Position numbers and translations under genes: made by a program
Source: Geosiphon pyriformis uo1
Taxonomy: Eukaryota > Fungi > Glomeromycota
Direction of reading: 5' to 3'
NCBI GenBank assembly: GCA_016748015.1
Contig: JAAOMT010000109.1
Coordinates: forward strand, 207,820-271,819
DNA: 64,000 bases
Notes under the pieces: model-generated
The model's database searches: none
Told to the model about the DNA's origin: nothing
The model's input: only the letters and a program-made list of their open reading frames with translations
Shown: positions 13,448 to 25,651 of the stretch, piece by piece
Position numbering within the stretch: position 1 is the first letter of the stretch
Layout of the letters: each line of letters starts with the position of its first letter

Positions 13448-14000
13448 TTACTTGATTAATTGAGTCAAAAAATTCAAATTCAAAGAACTAACCTTTTGAA
13501 AGATGATTAAATGAATACTTAGATAAAATGTCCTGGGATGAATTATTACTGTTGAAGTTTTTGTTATCTCATTGTCATCGCTTTCTGCACTTTTTTTAAT
13601 GTACTTTTCTGCTTCTAAAAATTGTAACAACTCATGTGAATAATCTCGAATCGAAATTCATACAATTTCTTCGATTTAACGTATTGGGATCTCAGCGTAA
13701 CAAGAAGGAATATATCAGGGTTTTTTACCATTTACCATTTACGATATCCATCACGAGAAGATGATCATGTGAACAGTTATGAAAGGGAGGTCAATTCCCA
13801 TGCTAATATTTCATAACTATAAATATGACCAACCATCGTGGAACTTTTCTCTCTTAAAATTATTAGTGTTTGTGGGTTGACATAATCCAATCAGTACGAA
13901 TGATTGATTACATTATAAGGTAAATGTCATTCGATCAGATCAACAAATATAAAGTATTTTCCGCAATCTCTATTTTCGGCGTGATTCCGTCATCACCAAA
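13448..14000 (-). pseudogene. Decayed TKL-type protein kinase relic
   Basis: The minus strand carries remnants of GLCQP, (L)R.EKF..GHIYS, AWEL, PFHNCSHDHLLVMDIVNG and a C-terminal QFLEAEK...IHPRTFYLS, with frameshifts and deletions. Homologous to the kinase at 38992-40461. Confidence 0.75.
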
Positions 14001-14715
14001 GTTATTGATGAAAACAATAATTAAAAAATTATATGGCTCATTTTTATAATCTATTTCATTTCTAAGTTTAAAAAGAAAAATTTTCTTCCCAAGTTTACTA
14101 ATATTTCAAAAATAAATATATCAAGTTTTATTTTTTTCTATTTTTTTTTGGTGCCAATTATTTTATAAAAGCGAATTTCCCAATTCTCAAATTTTATTGT
14201 ATTTTTTTATTCACTGTTTTTCTGAAAAAATTCAAAATATATCTTTGCAGTTTGTAAAAAGTGGAATCCATTAACAATTTTTTGAATAAAAAACAGGTAA
14301 ATTAATATTGAAAATTTTCTGGAATGCTGGAGAGGAAAATTTATATAGAGATTGTGACCTGATGGTTTTCTAATATTTTTATAAGGTTGCGTTTACTCCT
14401 ATCGCTCGCATTATTTTGAATCGGTCTCATATTGGATTCCAACTTTTTTTTTTTTTAGCTGGATACCAAAAAGGGATTTCACAATCTTAAATAAACCCCC
14501 CCCCCCCCCCCCCCAAAATATTTTTCGACTTGCTGACTTTTTGACGTGGCGACTCGGAATATTGTTTCCCGTCTCTAATTATGGATCAGATGGAGATTTT
14601 GAAACCATGTAAATAAGCTAATGTCCCTCCTTGTTTTATCACTGCGAAATTTTCTCATATCTATTTAAACTTTTCCCGGAAAATAAAAATTGGATTTTAT
14701 ATTAAATCTTTAAAA

Positions 14716-16164
14716 ATGATGACTAAAAGCAAGAGTATTACTTGGTTAATAAAAGCTCTATTTGCCATCTTTTTTTTCGAATTCACTATCTTTATCATCT
14801 ATGGTAAAAATCTTAAATGGCATGACTTTAAAAAAAATTCTTTCACTCAAAAAACTAATCTTTTAATGAAATTGGTAGAAGACTTTTTATTGAACAAATT
14901 ACCTCCGTTTGCAAAGAGCTTCCTGGAAGTAGACCCTATCAAACATATCCACGTTATCAATCCCCCTAATAGTCATAAAGCCAAACAGATTGCAAGGTCA
15001 AACCTTAGTCAAGATGGTATCAAATATGAATACCTAATTTCTGATCTAAAACGTGATTATATAGACGAATATGCATGGTGGGCAATGCGATCATATTGTT
15101 TGGATCAAGATGACTTGGTTGCCCCTGGGATTTATGGTAAGTTTTTAAGATAAACAATAAAATTTTACCAAGCATATCGTTTAAAAAAAAGATAACCTTA
15201 AAGCATTTAAATTATTCATCATATTTTAGCCGCAGTTACCGTACGTGATTACAAATTAATTTTAATGGTTAGAGGAGAATCTAGGGTTGATAATCAGGAA
15301 TATTGGTCAACTCGAAATAATCAACTTATCGACTATCCTACAACAAATCGAGCAGCCATTGGAGCTAAAGTTGATAGAGTCTTTTATGAAAACTTTCAGA
15401 GAACCAACGGACAAATTACCCAATTTATTTTGTTGGCTCTAAACGAACACAATATTAACCTAATTGTGGCCGTTGGGCATGGTTCTGGTGGTGGTGAGAT
15501 AAGTTCTTCCCTTAACTTTGGTTCAATATCATCTTGCAAATTCAACTAAAAGTAATGGTTATTTTTTTTAGCCTATGCAGTGTTACAAATGTTGGAAATG
15601 ATTCACTTGGATCTGAATATACCTCTGAAAGTATATACTTTTGGACAGCCGCATCTAGGCAATAGGGAATTCGGGCAACAATTTGATGCATTAAACAGTG
15701 GGGATAAAGTTTCATTAGTAAGAGTGACAAACATGGACGATTACGTACCAAAACTTCCACTAAGTACGGGGCAAATTTTTTATGTGCAAAGTAATACAGA
15801 AATTTGGATTGAATCTGATGATTGTGGATGTCCTACGGGTAAGACTTTTCTATGTATTGGGCCGATAATTTATCAGCCTAATCAGCCTAAGATTAGTTTG
15901 GAAAGCCAGGTTAGTATATTAAGATTACGATTATGATAATTTTTATTTTTTAGACGTCAAAAATAACTTGAATCAATTTGAATACTGTAGGAATGTAATG
16001 CTCAGTTTACAAATCCAGATTTTTTACCAAATAATGGCCCTTATTTTGGCTATATGATGGGAAACTGTTTCAATGACGCACCCCCTTGGATTTCTCCACC
16101 TGTTCAAAAAACTCTGGATGTGCCTTGGTGGAAAGAACTTTGGTTAAGATTTTTTAACTTGTAA
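14716..16164 (+). CDS. Class-3 lipase-like (alpha/beta hydrolase) protein with N-terminal hydrophobic anchor; probably catalytically inactive
   Basis: Exons at about 14716-15136, 15230-15493, 15572-15909 and 15991-16164. Motifs MVRGE, AVGHGSGGAYA, VYTFGQPHLGN, VRVTNMDDYVPKLP, EIWI, NNGPYFG. TAA stop at 16162-16164. Confidence 0.85.
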
Positions 16165-18706
16165 AAAATAACAATGCAGAGAACTCTTTTTAAATGCATC
16201 TTTTACAAGTGCACATTATTTTTAATAAAAATAGCACCTTAATAAGTTGCAATTAACGTGATCTTTATAAATATATTAACATATAATACATATAATCTGC
16301 AAAAATATTCACATAATATCTGAATACATTATATATAACACTGTATGCAACTTTAAATTTTTATGATTTAAGACAGTTTTTTAAAATTAAAAACCTTTGT
16401 GCTAATGATTAATTAAAATTGCCAAAATTAATTGTGGAAGAGTAAATTTTATTTATGCTTTTATAATTAAATTTTTATTTTCTAATGTATTTTTTTAATA
16501 TCAAGCTTAGAATCATAATATTAAATACATATTCTTTATATTTTACACACATAATAAATATGTTATCAAAAAATATAAAATGTAAAAACATAAATTTTGT
16601 TTTTATTCTTATGAAAATAAAATATTTAAAACAAATATATGATAAATGAAAAAATAACAAATATATAGTATATTTATTAAAGTTTAATTAACTATTAGCA
16701 ACGCAATATTTTTTTATTGTAGTGAATTTACATATTTCAAAAATTAACCTTTCATATAATTAAAAAATTAAAAATTTTTTAAGACAAAATGAGTTAGTTA
16801 ATTGGAACAGTTTTATATAAGAAAATTACTTTAATTAATAAAATTACTTATTAATTATATCACATCCCTAATCCTTTTTGGTATTGAATCTATTAACCTT
16901 TCACAAAAATCAATTTTATTAGAAAGTGAACGAGGGAGATTTCCAATTGATTAATGCAATTTTATCCTTATTCAGCATTATCTCCAAAAGCAAATCTAAT
17001 AGATTTTTATTCAACTCAATCAATATGTAAAAGGGATTCAGTACAATATCCCAAATGCCACAATCCAGACACTTGAAATTTTCGGCATAATTTAAATAGT
17101 GACATTTGCCATTTTAATACGCTATACATTTTATATTTTTGGTAAAAAATCAATGTACCGGTGAGTTATTAAAAAATTGACATATTGGTGAACTCCGAAA
17201 AATTTGACGGCAGATAATTAAGTTGCTATTTTAATAAAATCATTTTTTTTTAATTGCACACACCCATTCTAAATGCATTCTCATCAGTGGTCCCTGAGGG
17301 GGAAGGGTGCACTTAGAGAGAGTTCTCTGTATATTTTTTTCACAACGAAGTATAGAAGAACTGACTTATACAATTTAAATATGATCATTCAAAATTTACC
17401 AATTTAAGAATTTCTCTTTGCAAGACGAATGCGTATTGCTAAAAGGGTGATTATTTGTAATGGAATTAAAAATTTATACGTATTGACCATAAACTGTGTT
17501 CTACACTTATTTGAATACGGAATGACTTTAAAAGGTAGAATTTTTCATATGTAATATGATTTTTAAAAAAATTAATGAATAATCCATATTCTTTTTTTTT
17601 CATTTTGAACACTATATATTATACTTAATTAGGTAAAAAAAAATATGGCTATAAAAATACTTTTGGATGTAATTAATAAAACTGTAATGAAAATTATAAT
17701 TAAGATTTTCTAAATTTCAATATTAAGTTTATATCTTTTGTAATATTATTTAATTGTTTTATTGAACACTACTTTACTAAAATTATTTGGAAATATATCT
17801 TTTAGACTGTATTTTTGTTTTGATTAAACTATTCCCATTTAATTATTTTGTCATTTTTGAGAATTAGTTGGAAAAAATATATGTATTAAAAAAATTCTGT
17901 TAATAACAAAAAAAATTTGATTTTTTTGTTTAAAGACAAATATTTTTAATCTTGAAATAATTTTGGATATTTATTATAAAATTCAATCAAATAATTAATC
18001 GATCGGTTAAAATACTTATTTTTTACATTTGTGAAAACTAACATTAATTAATATATAAAAAATTATGATTTAAATAAATTATATTCAAAAAAATGCATTC
18101 AAATAAATTAAATAAATTTGATTATGTTTTTAGAAATTGAATTGTTAGCTTATTTTTTTATAAATTTAAATGATAATTAAGTTTCAATCTCTAAATTTTA
18201 AAGCAAAAAACTAAATTCGAATAATTTTTTTATTGAAAAATTTTCTAAATTTATCCCTTTGAATTTTCGATAGTTAAAAGGTAAGTTTTTCTGCGACCAA
18301 GAAATATTTTATCCTGGAAAAAGACATTTATCGACTAAGATAAATGTTTAACGCTTAGGGTGAAACTAGCAGAGGTTTCGGAAGTTTGAATGTAAATTTC
18401 TCAATTTTCGATTTTAAAAGAAAGTCCAAGATCCATAATAATGACTGGTGCCTAAAATTGCTACTCCATAGAGGACAACCCAGGAAAAACAAACAAAAAA
18501 GATTGTAACCAAAACAGGAGTCACACTCCTAGGCTTAATTCATAAATGATTGATTCAGGTGAATGGGGAGATAGCCATGAAAACATTATACATTCCGAAC
18601 TGGCTTAAAAAGGATAAAATTAAATAATTTTAGATATAATAAACCAGGTTATAATTTATAACCCCATAAAATGGCTTTAATTCCAGAATTAAACCGGGAA
18701 TGATCT

Positions 18707-19456
18707 TTAAAGAAACTGATTATTATTTTCAAGAGTCGATTCAAGTACAGTTTTTTTAGGGACTGAGAATGAATCCTGCGGCTCAATATTGAAAACAACC
18801 CCGGAATCTTGTCTTGGCGATGGTATTCTAGGAAAAGCTGATTTGGTTTGATTTGCTTGGTAACCCAGGTGAGATGTGATAACCTTTGGAGTTTTTGAGC
18901 TCGTTACTTCCGTCTTGTCATTGGAAATAGGCACGATTTCTTTTGGGGTGTTTTTGAAAATTGTTTTGTTGAAAGAAGGTTGTAAATTTGAAAGGGATAC
19001 GGCTTGATTAGTGGCAATGGCTGCGAGTTTCTGAAGTTCATGAAAACTCAATTCTGATAATGTTATATTTGGGGATCTGCGTTTTGCTGCCATGATTCGA
19101 CGATTGCGTTGCTTAAATTGACATGAATACAAAATAATTAGTCTCTTGATTAAAAATATTTATGGATAAAAACTTACTGAAAACCTGCTTACCTCAGTAC
19201 GGTTTAAGGAAATACCCGTTGACTTTTCCAGTTTCTCAACTAGTTCGTAGAGTGTATCCAATTTTCCGGTTAATAATTTAACCGTTTGATTAGATTCTTG
19301 ACATTTCACGCAATTATTTTGCGAGGTAGGTTGCTCATAAGGTTGGCTGGTTCTACTACGACTCCCTGGATGCAAGATACTGAACCTTTGAACTCTGGGT
19401 TGAGCACCTCGAGTTTTCTGGCAACAATTATTTTTTATAATATTTCCTTCAGACAT
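18707..19456 (-). CDS. Hypothetical protein (~220 aa, two coding exons) with CxxC plus a short coiled coil
   Basis: ATG at 19456. A GTAAGC...AAG intron at 19192-19112 joins two ORFs in frame. Contains CVKCQ..KLDTLYELVEKLEK. No family recognised. Confidence 0.6.
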
Positions 19457-20328
19457 ATCACCGACTGTCAAAAAGGTATAATTTATTCTGTTGAATGGTT
19501 CGTAAGTAAGTTGATAAGTTCCAACTTGAAAAATTCTTTAAAATTACCTTTTGTTTTGTTGAAATTTACTTGTTTAGTTTCTAGTATGTAAAAATTAAAG
19601 AGCGTATTTCTTTTTCAGACGGTTGGTTGATTCGTTGGTGATAAAGGTTGTGGGAAAAGAATAGAGATAAATTTTTGGGCGACAGTAGAAATTCGGTGCG
19701 TTTTAGAAATCCCTTTTGGGGGAACAGTGGCAATAGATTGTTCAACCGATTTTAGGAGAGAGAGAGAGCAATGAATAATCAGGATACCTTAACTGAGTGT
19801 ATCGTATTACATCACAGATAATTTAGAGGAGTTTAAACTCCGTCAAATCAACACAAATAAATGCTTTTTTTAATTAACAGACCATCTGCCAATGATCAAG
19901 TGTGACGGAAGCATGGAAGATCAGATGCGTGTTCGGCGGCTAGTTACATAAAGGCCTTAAGCCATATAAATATATGGTAAGGTTCTTTAATAGTATGAGA
20001 ACTTTTCAAACTTATTTTTTCTAGGTAGTACACTGTGGATATTATTGTGTGTGATTTACATCGCGTAAAAGATTTTAACAATGATGTGAAGAAGAATATC
20101 TTTATCTGGAAAAAACTATATATCAAAAAATAATTAGGTTTGATAAAAAAAATAAATTTCATTCAAAAATAGTTTCACATGTTTCATATACTGGTGAATG
20201 AATTTCAACTTTAGAGTGTGTTGTATAAAAAAGTATATATAAAGTTTCACTATAAATTATTTAGGATGCTCTAATCATTTTCGAATATGTAATATATATG
20301 GAAACGCTCTTACTTTTTAATGGTCATA

Positions 20329-21147
20329 TCAACCATCATCTGTCCTTTTCCTCTTGAGCTCTTGAATATCTGCCTCAGCTAGCTTTAGCTGCTTTTCTAA
20401 AAGGTTCTTTTCTTGTTTCAAGACATCATTCTCTCGTTTTAGTAAAGATATCTCCCTCGACATTTCTTCTCTTTCTTTTTTCAACTTATTTATCGCTTCG
20501 ATATCTGCTTGGGTACCAGCTTTAGCGACAGCTTCTAGTTCCCGATAACGAATTTCCAGGATTTGTAGCAATTCATTGGTTGAGTAGTTAGCTAGGAGGG
20601 GATTATATACCTCTGTGGTATCGTCTGTCACCACAAACCTTGGGCGTTTGGCTTCTTTAGGTTTACCAGGACTTGATTTTGGAGTAAGGTAGCCAAGATT
20701 GCTCAGAGAATTATTGGGATTAGTATGGCTTGAAAGTGGTGTAGGGAGGGTTTGACATTGATTTCCTCCCTTTACCAATCCAAAATCGGCGTAGTCGCGA
20801 ATTACAGAAGAATTCATTAAGTCTTGCTTAACTTGGGAATTTTTAACGGCTGGATTTTTCGGTTTGCGAAGAAAATAAAAGGATAATTCGTTTACTTCAG
20901 GTCTTTCGTTATCCTGTACCTGTTTTGGAATGTTGTCAGTCTCATCAGATGTTGATTCTTTGTTTTTCCAAGTACCATCATCCCAAAGAAAAAAGCCACA
21001 TTGCTCTTGCTGATCTTTCCAAAAGTTTGGGCACCGAAAGAAATACTTTCCTAAATTTTCAGAACTTTGTTTTCGCACTTGAAGTCGAATTGAACTTAAA
21101 CCACATTTACACTTGGGAAATGTTTCAGTTTCAGTTTTGCCAGACAT
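20329..21147 (-). CDS. GRF-type zinc-finger protein with C-terminal coiled coil
   Basis: PKCKCG...N.GKYFFRCP...CGFFLWD matches zf-GRF; heptad repeats and a KRKR basic motif at the C-terminus; single 272-aa ORF. Confidence 0.85.
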   Translation of the reverse strand: MSGKTETETFPKCKCGLSSIRLQVRKQSSENLGKYFFRCPNFWKDQQEQCGFFLWDDGTWKNKESTSDETDNIPKQVQDNERPEVNELSFYFLRKPKNPAVKNSQVKQDLMNSSVIRDYADFGLVKGGNQCQTLPTPLSSHTNPNNSLSNLGYLTPKSSPGKPKEAKRPRFVVTDDTTEVYNPLLANYSTNELLQILEIRYRELEAVAKAGTQADIEAINKLKKEREEMSREISLLKRENDVLKQEKNLLEKQLKLAEADIQELKRKRTDDG

Positions 21148-22766
21148 TTGGCAATAGCTGAATAACGAATAAATAATTGGACAAGAATTCTCTATCTAAT
21201 AGTTATGGAGTCTTGATATATCATGATTTTACAATTGCTAATGATTTTATCGTGATGCATGTTAGTAAAAAGCAATTTTTATGATATGGTGACTATGTAT
21301 ATATTCGGAATTATATAGTGAACATTCTTATGATGAGATTAAGCTGTTTAATATTAAGTTATTTATTTTTTAACACCTGGAAAGATGGAAAATTTTAATT
21401 GGATCGATGAAAGAAAAAGGAGATTCTATAAATTTTAGTATTTAATCATAAATGTTATTTTGTAATATTGAAAAAAAAACCATAGGTTTAAATTGAAGGT
21501 ATAATCTGAAGGGGCAAATTCTTTATCATTGAAAATTTAAAGTTCTCTATTTTGCTTAAATTTTATAGATATCTTAAAAAATAAGATACTTAAAGTAATT
21601 AGAGAATTATTTAAAATTTAAACAAAAGATGATTGGTTTCATTAAATTATGAATGACAATCAACTGAAAAATCAAAATCTTATTCTCTTTGAAAAATAGC
21701 TTTCATTTTTCTGACAGTTTAACACAATATCAATATTTAAATAATACCAGGAAAAAAAGTTCTACTTTTTTTTTAAAACAAGAATTTAATAAAGCATTAT
21801 TAAATTTTTATTTCAGATTTTATATATACATATTTTTTACTTTGCACAATCAAAATTTGTATATGAGCTTTTGTTTTTGGAGGGAAAATCTTAATATTAA
21901 AAAAAGGTGAAAAAAGAAATTAAAATAATGTGTCTTTTTTATACTTTTTTAAAGAAAATTCTTATTTTATTTGAATAGTTATTTATTGAATAAAAATAAA
22001 AACAGTGAATTTTTTTTAAATATTCAATAAATGAAAAACATTTTTAAGTCTTTTGGTTTTTATATTCATATCCAAAGGTAAAATACAACCTAATTTCACA
22101 AGTCAAAACCTATTAATTCAAAAAGTTTATCTGTTTAAATAATAATAATAATAATAATAATAATATATTCTTTATTTTTATAAATTAAAAAATAAAACTT
22201 GCATGCAAATTACCTCTTCAAAAAAAGGTTTACAAATGAAAAATTAATGAATTCGCTCAAGTAATTTTAAACTACACATTGAGTTTATTCATCTATTTAA
22301 CGTTCAAATTTGAGAAAATGTTGCTCTTTGTTCTACTAAATAACTTTTAATCTAATTGTTTTTAACAAAATTAATCTGTTTTCTAAAAATGTTGATTGTT
22401 ACAAGAAGATCCAATTGTTCTCATTTCAGAACCGTCAAACTTGGATTTGGAAATACAAGAAATTTTTCTGAATTCTAAAAAATTTTATATTCCAAAAATT
22501 ATGCCCACCAATCGTCATTTCACAATGCACTTTCATTATAATTACTTTCTATGATACCCTTACTTCAAGCTTTAAAATTAAGAAAAGATCGTACTTATTA
22601 TAAATACTTTAGATAGCGTAAATATGATAGTTGAAGATCAATATCAACCAAAATATCACCATTATTCTAGCACCATCAGAATCACTATTGCATCATTCAA
22701 TGATTTGATAGAGAAGACATAAAAAGCATTGGTCTTTACTCTTTCTTGCAAGTTAAAAATTACGAA

Positions 22767-24066
22767 ATGTCAGGAACACATGGAACTAGTATACATGAAT
22801 TCACACTCAATAATATTTTGAATGTGTCAACAGAGTTATACAGTCCGCCATTTAGCACGTCTGCTGACTTGTATTGGCAGTTGCGCTTTGTTTCAGTTCG
22901 TATTATTTGAGTTTATTGAAAGTGTTTGGAACCTCCAAGATTTCTTTTTGCTTGCTGAAATAAAATTACTCTTCAGGGATATAATGTTTGTTTGAAGGAA
23001 TCCACGCAGCAACCACAATTTTGTGAATTGTTCTTGTTGGCAATACCAAATGAACATGAAAAGAAAGGAAATTTGGTGTGGGAACAACGAAATTTTTGTG
23101 CTGCTTATATTTATATCAAACATCCCTGTCAGGGGATTATTGCAAAGAAAGCGATTGATAAGCTTTTTTCGATTGGGGAGCAGAGCTGGGGTTTGTTTTA
23201 ATTCATCATCAGTTTTGAATTATGAATTGATTCAGATTTCAAACTAGAAATGTTCTAATTATCTATTACCGTTTTTGCAAAAAAGGTTCTCGAAAATTTT
23301 GCAAAAGATCATTACTATCACCAAACATAATAATTGGTGTAGAATTTGATAAGCATCAACCATCACCTAGCAAACAGCGATCTCCATTCCCACCTGAACC
23401 AACTTCTAAGAACCTTGTAAAGGCATGGCAACAACAATTAAATAACAAAAATATGGCTGACTTAAAATTGATTGTTCAAGATCAACCAATTTATGCTAAT
23501 AGTTCTATACTTTCAGCACGGTCAGAATATTTTTGTCAAATGTTCAAAGGAAATTGGTTAGAGTCACGAGTGGATGGTTTTATTACTGTAGAGATCACTG
23601 ATTATCCATCAAATGTCGTCTTACAAATGTTAGAATTCTTGTACACTAATAAAATATCTTTGGGAAATTTGCCGACGCCATTGAAAACCTGGGTCTCTAT
23701 TTTCAGGTAATTTGAATAATTCTCGAATTAAATGTGTTCATTCGAATAAAATATTTTAATCCTAAATTCCACTGTTTATGTATTTCTTGCAGCATCGCGG
23801 ATAAGTACCTGATAAAAGATTTAAGGCAGATATCGTACCTAAAAATAATGGATGAGCTAACGGTTGAAGATGTGGCAGAAATTCTATTTTCCTCTGGTTG
23901 GAAATGGGATGATTTAAAGACATATCTGATGAAATTTTTGGTCAAAAACTTCACCAAAGTTAGGGAAACTCAGGGGTTTGAATTGATTATGCGGAACCCA
24001 TCAGCTTATCTCAATTTCGCAGAAGTTTTGAGCGAGATTCACATGTCTCTTATACCATCAACTTGA
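22767..24066 (+). CDS. MATH-like/BTB-POZ/BACK-like protein (SPOP-like Cul3 adaptor), paralog 1
   Basis: Exon 1 MSGTHGTSIHEFTL..YSPPFSTSADLYWQLRF; BTB ADLKLIVQDQPIYANSSILSARSEYF..MLEFLYT; C-terminal ADKYLI..WKWDDLK. Four exons. Confidence 0.85.
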
Positions 24067-25651
24067 ATTTTAAATTGAGCACTTGCAGTTTTGAATTGAA
24101 TACCTTCCAATTTTAATCAATTCATTTAAGAATTAATGAAACTCCTTGCTGCTGAATTTGCTAGCTCAATTTTATGGACCCTGTTAAGGATGTTTCGATT
24201 CCAATATTCAATAAACACACGATATAACATCCCTTTTTTTTGGATATATTGTGTCCTTTCCGAGTCAAATATAATTGTGAAGTTTTTGTGGGGCTTTTGT
24301 TCTGAAAATTAGATAATTATTTTCGTAACATAATTAACAATATTATTTTATTAAATTTTCGACACTAAATTTTTTGGTTATCAATTGAACATTTCTATTG
24401 CATATTAGATAACTAAAAAAAAAGGCTAAACACAATTACATTGTGTTGGACAAAGAACTACAAAATTGCAGACAGAAAATATTTCAATTTTGTATTTCAT
24501 TTGACTTGTGAAAAAGTTGTTATATCAATTTTTATAATTAAAAAATATTTAAAATAAAACGTTGTTTTATAAATAATGTATTTCCTTCTAAATAATTCCA
24601 AACATTCCGCTTTTTTGAAAAGATCAAAAACTTGCAAAAATGGTAATTATGCACAAAAAAAATTGTTTTTACTTTACAAATTGTAAGTCGTTCAATTCTC
24701 TTGGCGAAAAAATAAATATTACCTTTTTGAATTAAGATTGTTCTAGTTTTTTAAGTTTCCACTTTTAACACACCATTTGGGATCATCCCTACTAGCCTAA
24801 AGTATAATTCTCTTTGTTGTTTCTGTGTTCCCAAACCTTAACATAACATTGTGCTATTTTTCCCAGCAATAATTATTCAAGACTAACCAAATAATTCATG
24901 TTTGTTTTCATCAATAATTGAAAGCAAAAAATTAAAATTAATGAATCAAAATGGAGAGTCACGTTTTAAATCGATTAACCGAGAAAGATTTATCTACAAG
25001 TTCTTTTAAATCTCAAAGAAGACTTAAATATTTCAAATCTTATTACTTTTATATGATTCATATCTCAAAATTAGTTTTTTATAGTCTATAAAGCTTTTTA
25101 AAACAATTCTCATTGAGTATTTTTTTTAATTTTTATTAAATTGGATTCCTCAAACAGTTAAAAAACTAAACCAAAAAATTATGAATTTTTCAATTTTTAA
25201 CATTAAAATATTGATAATACCAAAAACTATTGGATACTCGATTTTAACGAACGTTTAAGTTTCGTACGCTTTTCATCAGTACATAAACTATTTTTAAAAT
25301 TTAAGTAACTGAAACCCAAATATTTTGTTATCAAAAAATCTTTGAAAAAAATAAGAGTCTAGTTTCTTCGCTCAATCAACTTAAAATAATTTCTAGTTTT
25401 TAAAAGCATTTTTCAGTGCTTTCAAATATCTTGATCGTTGAAAATATAAAAATATATTTTATTTTGAAAAATTAATTAAAAGGTTTAAATTTCATGATTA
25501 TTTTAATCTAAATATATATTTAGAAGATTTAATATAAATTATTTTTCTTTCACAACCAAATTAATGTGAAATTAAGGTATTTCTTTTATAAGAATCATAG
25601 TTTCAAACTTATTACAATCTATAGAAATTTTTTGCTACTCTATGAGCTATG

